In this document: one piece after another, positions 50,246 through 61,302 of the stretch
Position numbering within the stretch: position 1 is the first letter of the stretch
How the letters are laid out: each line of letters opens with the position of its first letter
Assembly: GCF_006345805.1 (NCBI RefSeq)
Contig: NC_042998.1
Coordinates: 154,814,001-154,878,000, forward strand
DNA from: Octopus sinensis
Taxonomy: Eukaryota
DNA length: 64,000 nucleotides
Direction of reading: 5' to 3'
Position numbers and translations under genes: made by a program
The notes under the pieces: generated by a model
Seen by the model: only the letters and a program-made list of their open reading frames with translations
What the model was told of the DNA's origin: nothing
Databases searched by the model: none

Positions 50246-52201
50246 CTATCCATATGGTATATTTATGTTTGACATTTTAAATTTGGTTGCGTGCCTGCAT
50301 AAGTTCATCAGCTCACTTCTTTGATTCAAAGAATTATTGCCTTTGAATAAAATATAAAGTTTCTCTAACAGGCAAAGATTGCATTTAAAATTATTCTTGT
50401 GTGCTCCATGTCTGTATGGTGCCGCTCTGTCCAGAATGCTCCATGTCATGTTGAAAGGTGGGGTTTCCTTTTCTTTTAGTTCCCAGACATATTTTGCTAG
50501 GCTGGTCCTCTTCCTATTTTCTGGGTATTTAAATGAATTTTTATGCGAATAAAATCGCGTTTTAAACGAATTTTCTGAAGCCCTTGTATATGTCTTGTAT
50601 TCCGATGAGCTTTCTATTTGTACCTTGGCTCTATAAACTACCCCTTTTACTAGACATTTCCCTTCCAACGGACAGGAGGATTCATTTTTGAAATTGCATT
50701 TCTTAATGGGCTCGGCACCATGTTTAATATCAATCAGATTCCTATTATGCTGGCTAATGTAAGAGGCGAAATTTCTGCAACAAGAATAGCTAACCTTCAG
50801 GGTTCTTCTATTAAATATCCTATAGAATTTATGGTCCTGCTTAAAATGCCTAGAGACTAATTTCAAAAATTCCTTACCTATATTAGTCTTTACGGCCAAA
50901 TTGAAAGCCGGGTTGAACCACAAAACTTTCCTGGTCCTAGTTCTTCGCACAGCATTATTATCAGCATTAAGCTGGTTGTACTGATCTTCTCAGAGAATCC
51001 ACTATTCCTTAATGCGCTATCGTAATAAGGAGCAGCATTATGGAATGCTGCCTCGTCCGAAGAAATTGACGATATTCTTCTACTTACATTGCTGACTAAG
51101 TTCCTAAGGACAACTGGCGGATGGTTCGAATCTTTGCTAATATACGATAGCTTGTCATTTTGGGCTTACGGTAAGGTTTAAATCTATCCGACCTTACATT
51201 AAAATTTACGTCTAAAAAATCTACACTTTTCAGGTTAGTATCTATTGTAACCTGTAAGCCCATCCTTTGAAAGAAAGCAATAAGGTCCTTCCTAAGTCTA
51301 TCTGATTCATGGCCGTTTAAATTATGGTGGCTATAAGGCCGTCATCCCTATATAAACCTGCATCTATAAATGGGAATTCTAATCGGTACATCGAAAAGAG
51401 AATCTTCACTCTTCTTAATCCAGATGGAATCCTCGAAAAAAAGTAGTGATTTCCTCGCATGCATGATAATATCAATTTCTGAGCTATCGATGCCGACATA
51501 CTGCTTGGCGAAGTCCAATGCCCTTAGGAGTAACGTCCTAGATATTGACGGGTAAAAGTCAATAATATTGAATTGTGTAAAACTGCAATTATTCTTATAG
51601 CTAATACCTTTAAACCACTCTATGACTGACTTACTATTCTTCCAAGTTCTCAAGTCTACTTCACTATCTAACTTAGTTAAAATACGGTCCAAAATATTTT
51701 TGCTAATAATGCCTATCTCAGCTTTAGCCGGATTTATCAATCTACATTTGGGGTTTCTATTAAAATTGGCTTTACGGTTTTTAGTGTAATAAAAGCTGGT
51801 CGTGGGGAAAGATATTCAATCCTATCACTAATCTTAAGATTGTTAGCTATTCCTCTTGCTTCCAAATTCACCTCTTTGTATATATTTGTGTTATCTTTTT
51901 TGTATGTGTCTGTGACACTATTTGAAATCAGGCGCTTATAAACGTCCTTATCAAGTGCATATAAGTTACTTGTCTTATCAGAATTAACAAATAACTTATT
52001 CGAGTTGTTAATCTCCTTAATTTTTTCTTTCATATTTCTCTGTAATCGGTTGCTATATTTGCGGAATTTAATTTTCCTAATAAGTTCGAATCAGATAGAC
52101 TTAGGATAGACTTAATTTCAATTTCCATGTATTAATTATATTTCCTTCATTAAGGTCAATATGTATTTTATTCAATGTAAGGTTTTTCCTCGAATTTTAT
52201 A

Positions 52202-52210
<9 letters not shown>
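50246..52210 (-). pseudogene. Penelope-like element PLE2: RT plus GIY-YIG, frameshifted and partly deleted (Naiad-like, tentative)
   Basis: [64 protein letters not shown] and CNLCLLEKLYI...LNQRSELMNLCRH. Confidence 0.92.
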
Positions 52211-52266
<56 letters not shown>

Positions 52267-52311
52267 TCTTTTTGAGCTGGATAGAATTGACATATCGGTT
52301 CCATTCTAGCA

Positions 52312-52358
52312 AAAACTGTCCGAAGAACAGCAACGGGAAACTCAGAGTAACAGGTTTT
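52312..52358 (+). ncRNA. Type I hammerhead variant (family H3), inverted copy
   Basis: aaaactgt-CCGAAGA-acagcaacgg-GAAA-ctcaga-GTA-acaggtttt; stem III ACTC-A-GAGT. Confidence 0.7.
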
Positions 52359-52455
52359 GTTGAATGTCCTGCTGCTTTAAATAAAGCATATTACTCTAAC
52401 ACTGGTATTTGAGTACTCTTTTTTCCACCTTGTTTCACATTTATGTGTTTACTCT

Positions 52456-52509
<54 letters not shown>

Positions 52510-52511
<2 letters not shown>

Positions 52512-53184
52512 AGTAAAATTAATTTATTATATAGAAGGAGCTTCTACAGGACTAGAACTGTTTCATTCAAGAGAAATCTTCAGGAAGCTAGTTAACAAGA
52601 ATTGTATTGGCATTTATACATTTAGGCAGGTTTAAAGGGGTGTTGGTGGGGGACTTTTTGGGGGTAGGCATAGCGCAAAATATCATACTTGGGGGAGTGG
52701 TCAAGGAGTCAGTGTTAAATTAGATAGAAGAATAAATAAAAAAATTAAAAAATATATAAAAAAATATATAAAAATATATATAAAAAAAGGAATAGAGTTT
52801 TAGGTAAATAAGGAGATTCTCACTTATACCTATGCACATATGTATACATATATACACACACATACAAACATATATACATATACATACACACATACGTACA
52901 CACACACATATATACATATATATACACTTACACATACATATCTACACATACACATATATGTATACATACACACACTCACATGCATACACGTATACACACA
53001 TGTATATATACACACACGACCACACATACATATACACACAGAAAAATATATATACACATACACACATACTCACATACACGCATACACACACATATCCACA
53101 CACACATATGCACACACAGCACACTAGTCCCTATATACACATATATACACATACACACACATATACACACACATACATATACAT

Positions 53185-53224
<40 letters not shown>

Positions 53225-53787
53225 GTGTACCTATGCATACCTACACATACACACATATATATACACATACAAATACAGACCCATTCCCTAATTTTAATTT
53301 TATTATCTTCATTTATTACTTTTGTTATCTTTGATCGCTGGTCACAAACATCTTGGCTATGACAGCCAGTCCATTTATCTGTCTACTGGAAAACAAGCAC
53401 TCATTTACTCACGCACACTCTTTAGCACGTACACTCACTCATTCGTACACTCATACACATACACACACGCACGCGTTATATTCATACATACATACATCTA
53501 CATACATTCACGTATATACACATACGTACGCGTACCTACAGATTCATGTCTACACTCTTAGAAGGCTAGTCTATACATATACACCAATAAATATAAATAC
53601 ACACACATACATATACACCTACATACATGTATATATATATATACATATATATACATATTCACATATATATACATACATATATATATACATATATATATAT
53701 ATATACATATACATACATATACATATATACATATATATATATACATATACACACACATACACATACATACATATACACACATACACA
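52510..53787 (-). repeat. Inverted copy of the PLE3 tail (partner at 57230-58430)
   Basis: About 1.2 kb near-identical reverse complement. The ORF-track peptides 53322-53561(+) and 57371-57610(-) are identical. Confidence 0.92.
52539..52589 (-). ncRNA. Type I hammerhead (family H4)
   Basis: Identical reverse complement of 58345-58395. Confidence 0.8.
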
Positions 53788-54994
53788 TGACGTCAGCATG
53801 GGTGCTAACGACTCTGCTGAAATAAGTGACCTAGTGGGCCTTTTCATCCTCCATAGGCTGAAAACCCTATTCACAGGCCTCTCCGGTGGTCTTTACCGCG
53901 ATGACGGCCTTTTCGCCCTCCACAAAATAAACCCCAGGACCACGGATGGGTTCCGGAAAAATCTTTACACCTTCTTTAAAAACTTAGGCCTTAGGATTAC
54001 CTTAGAACCCAACTTAACAAAAGCTAACTTCCTTGATGTCACCCTCGACTTAAAAACCTCACTTTATTACCCGTACCACAAACCAAATGAATCCCTTAGA
54101 TATATAGATATTAATTCCAACCACCCCAAAAATATATTAGATAACCTAGTAAAAAGTGTCTCAATTAGAATTTCTAGCCTGTCCGCCACGGAAGATATCT
54201 TTAAGGCCGCAGCTCCCTATTACAACGAGGCCCTGGCCCGCAGTGGCTTTAAAGATAAGATTACCTATACTAGTATAGCCCCACGCCAACCCAGGAAAAA
54301 TAGACGAAGACACATTAGCTGGTACAACCCCCCCTTTAACCGTGAGGTCGCTACACCTGTAGCTAAAATCTTCTTCACTCTCCTACAGAAACACTTCCCC
54401 ACCCAACATAAGTACTACACTATCCTAAATAAGAACACTATTAGACTCTCCTACTCTACCACGCCCAATCTAGCCAGGAACCTAGCCAACAACAATGTGA
54501 AAAAACTTAACATATCTACTTTTTCCGAGGCCCATCCAACGTCCGATAGCAATTGCAACTGCCCTGATAAAACCACCTGCCCCCTCAACAACTGCCTACA
54601 GAGGGACCTAGTATATACATGCGAGGTAAGATCAGGCCCTGACGATAAAAGAAAATCCTACATCGGAATGACGTCAAACAGCTTTAAGACCCGTTGGTAC
54701 GCACACACACACTCGTTCCGGCGACAGGATAAATCCAACCAAACTACCCTCGCCGCCCACATCTGGTACCTTAAAAGGAACTCCATCCCCTTCAAGACCA
54801 AGTGGAAACTACTACAGAAGGCGCGCTCGTACACAGGAGGCCATACCTACTGTGACCTCTGCATATCGGAGAGCCTAGAGATCTTGTTCGCCAAAGGCCC
54901 TCTCCTTAACAAAATCTCAGAACACTCCCCAAATTGCATGCATAAGAAGTATGCGAACTACAAGAACTATAGACCTACCCGGCAACCAGGTTGA
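53788..54994 (+). pseudogene. 5'-truncated Penelope-like element PLE3: open RT C-half plus complete GIY-YIG
   Basis: [81 protein letters not shown] and NCMH; no stops over about 400 codons. Confidence 0.93.
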
Positions 54995-55226
54995 TGACAC
55001 CCCACCCACAAAACCCCCCCCCCAATCCCACCGTTCCCCTAGCACCCCCGATTACCTTTTCTCCTAAGACCTTTCAAATATTGTATGTGCACGCTTGTAT
55101 ATGTGTATCGTATATATGTATAGAAATGTATGGGCATAGTAGGAATATACGCATGTATTATGTGTGTGTGTGTGTATGTATGTAAAAAAAAAAAAAATAT
55201 ATATATATATATATATATGTATGTGC

Positions 55227-55257
<31 letters not shown>

Positions 55258-55617
55258 TATATGTATATGTGTATATATGTGTGTATGCATATGTATGTGT
55301 ATATGTATGTGTGTATGTATGTGTATGTATGTATAAAATATTATATAATTAGGGCTTAGTAAAATAAATTACTTTGCCACACATTGAACTTTCTAGAAAT
55401 AGCAGCCAAAAAAGTTTTTTAGCCTCTTCCACTACTTAGAGAATATTTTCCCTCAGACATTATTTACTCAAAAAAATAATGGTCCTTTTACATACTGAAT
55501 ACTTGGTGAAATTGATTAATAACTAATTAACTTTACCCTCAATTGTTGATATATGTATGTGTGTGTATATATGTGTATGTATATGTATATGTACATGTAT
55601 GTATGTGTGTATGTATG

Positions 55618-55666
<49 letters not shown>

Positions 55667-55678
55667 GTGTGTGTATAC

Positions 55679-55716
<38 letters not shown>

Positions 55717-55919
55717 ATATGTGTATTATGTATATATTTATATATATATGTATATGTATATGTATGTGTGTGTGTATATGTATATATGTGTATATATATG
55801 AGTGTACGCGAGTATGTCGATGTATATGTAGGTATGTAGAGTTATGTGTATGTGCATGTATGTGAGTGTAGATACAAATTGTAGATGCGTATATATATGT
55901 GTGTGTATATATACATGTA

Positions 55920-55978
<59 letters not shown>

Positions 55979-56226
55979 GCGAATATGTAGAGATATAAGT
56001 ATGTGCATGTGTATATATGTGTGTATATATATGTATAGGTATGTGTATGTGTATGTATGTATATATATATATATGTGTGTGTGTATGTATGCATATATGT
56101 ATGTATTTATGTATGTATATGTGTATGTATATATATGTGTGTAAGTGTGTGTATATATGTATATGTAAGTGTGTGTGCGTGTATGAGTATGTATGTATGT
56201 TTGCACACATGTATATGTATGTGTAT

Positions 56227-56272
<46 letters not shown>

Positions 56273-56509
56273 GTCTGTGTGTGTGTGTATATATGTGTGT
56301 ATGTGTATGTATGTATGTATATATATGCGTGTGTATGTGTATATGTACATATACGTGTACGCTCGTGTGTTTATGTATATGTAGGTACGTAGAGTTATCT
56401 ATGTGTGTATGTATTTGTACATGTGTGTAAGTATGTATATATATATATATATGTGTATATGTGTGTGTATATATATATGTATATATGTATATGTATATAT
56501 ATGTGTGTA

Positions 56510-56580
<71 letters not shown>

Positions 56581-56933
56581 AAGTTTATATGTATGTATCC
56601 GTCTATATAATAGGTAACTGCACGTACATATACTTAATATTTATTATTTATTTTTTGAGTATGCGCGTATATATATTTTACTATTTACTTATTTTTTGAG
56701 TATGCATGTAAGTATGAATATAAGGAGGCACGTGTGTGTGTGTGTATGTGTAAGCATAGATATATGTATACTTTTACGCATGTGTGTACTTATGTGTATA
56801 TATGGATGCGCGTGTGTGTGTGTGTGTGTATGGGTACGCATGTACATGTGTATGTGCGTGTATGTGTATATGAGTATGTATGTATGTGTGTGCGTATATT
56901 TGTATATGTATGTATGTATATGTATGTGTGTGT

Positions 56934-56973
<40 letters not shown>

Positions 56974-57707
56974 ATGTGTATGTATGTATATGTATATGCG
57001 TATGTGTATGTATTTGTATGTGTATGCATGCGCGTATATATATGTACGTATATGTATACGTGTGGGTGTGTGTATGTGTATAAATGTATGTATGTATGGA
57101 TGTATGGATGTATGTATGTATGTATACGTATGTATGTGTATGTGTGTATATGTATGTATGTGTATGTGTGTGTATATGTATATATATATGTATATATGTA
57201 TATGTATGTATATGTATATATATATATATATGTATATATATATGTATGTATATATATGTGAATATGTATATATATGTATATATATATATATACATGTATG
57301 TATTTGTATGTAGGTGTATATGTATGTGTGTGTATTTATATTTATTGGTGTATATGTATAGACTAGCCTTCTAAGAGTGTAGACATGAATCTGTAGGTAC
57401 GCGTACGTATGTGTATATACGTGAATGTATGTAGATGTATGTATGTATGAATATAACGCGTGCGTGCGTGTATGTGTATGAGTGTACGAATGAGTGAGTG
57501 TACGTGCTAAAGAGTGTGCGTGAGTAAATGAGTGCTTGTTTTCCAGTAGACAGATAAATGGACTGGCTGTCATAGCCAAGATGTTTGTGACCAGCGATCA
57601 AAGATAACAAAAGTAATAAATGAAGATAATAAAATTAAAATTAGGGAATGGGTCTGTATTTGTATGTGTATATATATGTGTGTATGTGTAGGTATGCATA
57701 GGTACAC

Positions 57708-57739
<32 letters not shown>

Positions 57740-58344
57740 CTATGTATATGTATATGTGTGTGTATATGTGTGTGTATGTGTATATATGTGTATATAGGGA
57801 CTAGTGTGCTGTGTGTGCATATGTGTGTGTGGATATGTGTGTGTATGCGTGTATGTGAGTATGTGTGTGTATGTGTATATATATTTTTCTGTGTGTATAT
57901 GTATGTGTGGTCGTGTGTGTATATATACATGTGTGTATACGTGTATGCATGTGAGTGTGTGTATGTATACATATATGTGTATGTGTAGATATGTATATGT
58001 ATGTGTAAGTGTATATATATGTATATATGTGTGTGTGTACGTATGTGTGTATGTATATGTATATGTTTGTATGTGTGTGTATATATGTATACATATGTGC
58101 ATAGGTATAAGTGAGAATCTCCTTAGTTACCTAAAACTCTATTCCCTTTTTTTATATATATTTTTATATATTTTTTTATATATTTTTTATTTTTTTATTT
58201 ATTCTTCTATCTAATTTAACACTGACTCCTTGACCACTCCCCCAAGTATGATATTTTGCGCTATGCCTACCCCCAAAAAGTCCCCCACCAACACCCCTTT
58301 AAACCTGCCTAAATGTATAAATGCCAATACAATTCTTGTTAACT

Positions 58345-58395
58345 AGCTTCCTGAAGATTTCTCTTGAATGAAACAGTTCTAGTCCTGTAGAAGCT
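58345..58395 (+). ncRNA. Type I hammerhead (family H4), full stem III
   Basis: AGCTTC-CTGAAGA-tttctcttgaat-GAAA-CAG-ttctagtc-CTG-TA|GAAGCT. Stem I is 6 bp, stem III 4 bp with an 8-nt loop, GUA site; stem II is weak (U.U plus 3 bp). Confidence 0.8.
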
Positions 58396-58478
58396 CCTTC
58401 TATATAATAAATTAATTTTACTCTACTATGTATTGAGTACCTTATTTACTGTGGTTAACCCCGAATCAACCCGGGACC

Positions 58479-58534
<56 letters not shown>

Positions 58535-58604
58535 GATATATATATGTGTGTGTATCTCTGTGTGTATATATATGTATATATGTATATGTGTGTGTGCATG
58601 CGTG

Positions 58605-58641
<37 letters not shown>

Positions 58642-59139
58642 ATGTGTGTCTTACTCCATTACGATTATCCCGGTGGTGCGCATGGCGGAATTTTGGAGGG
58701 AAAATTTACGGTCCCAGTCGTTTACTTAGTTTTAACCTATGCACACTTCTCCCCACTATCTGATGACGCCTGATCAGAGGTGGAGGCTGGTGGCATTTGA
58801 TAAATCTAACGAAGATGGTGCTGACGAAAGACTTTAGGCAATTTCTCGCCTACGATCTAGAAACATGTTCACCATTAACGGTAAGAGATTGTTTTCGTTT
58901 ATTTGCTACTCCGATTTTGCGTAAGTGAATCACAGGGTTATGTCGTATATGGAGCCTCCACTTGTAGAAAATGGAAATAAACAGTCTCTGACTGCCATTT
59001 CTAATTCTTTCGGTATGCGGCAGAGCAACCTGTTGCCTGCCCTTTTAATTATATATATATGTAGATTTGTGTATGTGTGTGTATGTATATGTATATATAT
59101 GTGTATGTGTGTGCATGTATGTATGTGTATGTATATGTA

Positions 59140-59170
<31 letters not shown>

Positions 59171-59879
59171 GTATATGTTGATTGAGGATGACTTGGGCTG
59201 TATAATAACGCCAACTTCCGGACTATCACCAGACGCACTCGACACATTTATATATGTGAGAGTAGGTAAGTATGTAGACACACACGTACACACAGACAAA
59301 ATGGAATTAGAGCATGTAGCTTGGGACTGCTATAAACTGACCATTCGCCCACTACTATATCGCTCCTCACCCATCTCCCCCACCACAGCATCAAAACTCT
59401 AACCCATCATATTCTTTTGTATCTCTTTATCTTTATCTCACTTTATCTTTATTTTCACTTTTTTATTTTTTTACTTTTTATTTATTTATTTATTTTTTCA
59501 CTTTTTATTTTTTATTCTTATTTTTTATTTTATTTTATTTTATTTTTTTTACCCTTTACTTTTTGTACCTTTTACACTTTCACAATACATTTCTAGAATT
59601 TATGACCCTATATGTGACGTCCTTTGTATCTTTATATACTTATTTTTTTACATCTTTACCTTTTTTATATTTTATATTTATTATTATCCTTTATAATTAT
59701 GTTTACATTTATATATATTTTCTTTTTTGTGATCCCAACTTCATTAAAGTTTCATCCCCTTCCCCCCCTTTCCTCTTTCTCTCAACATCTAATTCCTTCC
59801 CTTATATGAAGTAATCTACCCAGTATTCATTCTATATCAAGTGAAAAAACGGTATGGGTGATTTGTTTTTGGAGTCTAA

Positions 59880-60099
59880 CAATACCATGTACACCTATGA
59901 AGATTTACAAGCATACTTTCCCAATGAAACTCGGTTTTTTCTCAAACCTTTTATAATGGGATACAAGTCTTTGGTGTAGAAATTGTACGCGGCTGAAGAA
60001 GGCTTTTGATCTATCTGTTATTAAGAATAAGTTGTTCAATAAAGCCCGAAACATATGTACCGCAAAATCCTCTGCGTCCTGTTTTTCGTTTATTTCATT

Positions 60100-60100
<1 letters not shown>
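59880..60100 (-). pseudogene. Possible PLE N-terminal fragment
   Basis: FRALLNNLFLITDRSKAFFSRVQFLHQRL-type basic helical segment next to (TA)n, followed by inverted tail pieces (60585-60632 vs 60736-60785). Confidence 0.35.
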
Positions 60101-60160
<60 letters not shown>

Positions 60161-61031
60161 GGAGACAAGAAGTGGAACGAAACGACAAATCAAAACGAAC
60201 CTGACGCGAGGTGCTGTCAGACAATAATGTGATAAATAAAAATATATGCATACATACAAACATATATGTACGTACCTATATCTACATGTATATATATATA
60301 AATATACGTAAGTACAGGACGCCACAACAAGACGTAGAAACGGGAAAAACAGAAATTTTACAACAAGTACAGGACATGCTACACAAGGAAAAATCCACCG
60401 TCAACAGCTGTCGCTAGTTAACTCAGGCGTGTTTCGAAGGCAAGACAGGACACTCGTTAGTTAGGCCTTCCTGCGAGAGAATTAAAAGAAAATTCCAAGC
60501 AGCGGGGTAAAACGGGTAAGAACACAAACAGGATGTAACAATAAAACTGCACAATAAAATACAAGATAAAAATACATGTACAAAAAAATACAAGACGAGA
60601 AATAAAAAGGGAATACAATACGGGAAATCAAACAACAAGAGGACAATGAGAAAAACCAAACAGACGAAAAAGGCCTTTTTTTGGCTAGACGAAAGATGTT
60701 GTGTGGCAGCGTGTGGAAAGCAAGACTTGTTGTTTGATTTCCCATATTGTATTCCCTTTTTATTTCTCGTCTTGTATTTTTTATGTAGCGGCGATAGGTC
60801 AACACGTTGTTCTGAGACTGACCAAGGAATTTTTATTTTTAGATATAAATGATGTACTTAAATGTAGTCTTGTATTTTTTATGTAGCGGCGATAGGTCAA
60901 CACGTTGTTATGAGACTGACCAAGGAATTTTTATTATTAGATATAAATGATGTACTTAAATGTAGTTGTGTTTTTAGCTTCTGCTTTTTCCATGATCACA
61001 TGTGAGTATTTTATTTATATTCCCCCGTAAG

Positions 61032-61092
61032 CTCTACTGAAGAAGAATGTATCCTTTATAGGGATTAATTTCGAAATTGATTCAATATAGAG
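61032..61092 (+). ncRNA. Type I hammerhead (family H5)
   Basis: CTCTA-CTGAAGA-a-gaatgtatcctttatagggattaatttc-GAAA-TTGA-t-TCAA-TA|TAGAG. Stem I is 5 bp; stem III is palindromic with a 1-nt loop. Confidence 0.78.
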
Positions 61093-61302
61093 ATAACGAA
61101 ATTTAAATTTTCTAAAGGTTAGTTGCCCGCTTTCAGTTCAATTTTCCTGTAACAAGTGGATAAATCAGTGTATTGGCTTTAGAGTAACCTTCTTTAGCCC
61201 TTAATTATAAGATGTTTATACTTCAACCGTAAAGGTTTTTTTAATATACTGCCATGCGTTTTGATGGAATCCTTTTCTGTAGAGAAAGGGACTTCATCCT
61301 AT

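Noticed and set aside
53788-54994. Selenocysteine recoding as reported for some Naiad PLEs
   Set aside because: Conserved Cys positions are ordinary Cys codons in PLE3, and the TGA codons seen in PLE1 fall at Trp positions (decay). No SECIS was identified.
52720-58214. Many long His/Thr/Tyr/Ile or Cys/Val/Met ORFs (also at 270-1060, 44600-45230 and 48350-49140)
   Set aside because: Translations of TA/CA/TG dinucleotide mosaics, which lack stop codons in most frames; no domain signal.
58756-58795. Hammerhead starting actat-CTGATGA-cgcc...ggc
   Set aside because: No GAAA, stem III or matching stem I follows; at most a truncated remnant.
60421-60485. Hammerhead-like AAGGC...GCCTT-CGAAAC on the minus strand
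   Set aside because: The upstream core reads CGCAGGA, not CUGANGA, and there is no NUH site with stem I pairing.
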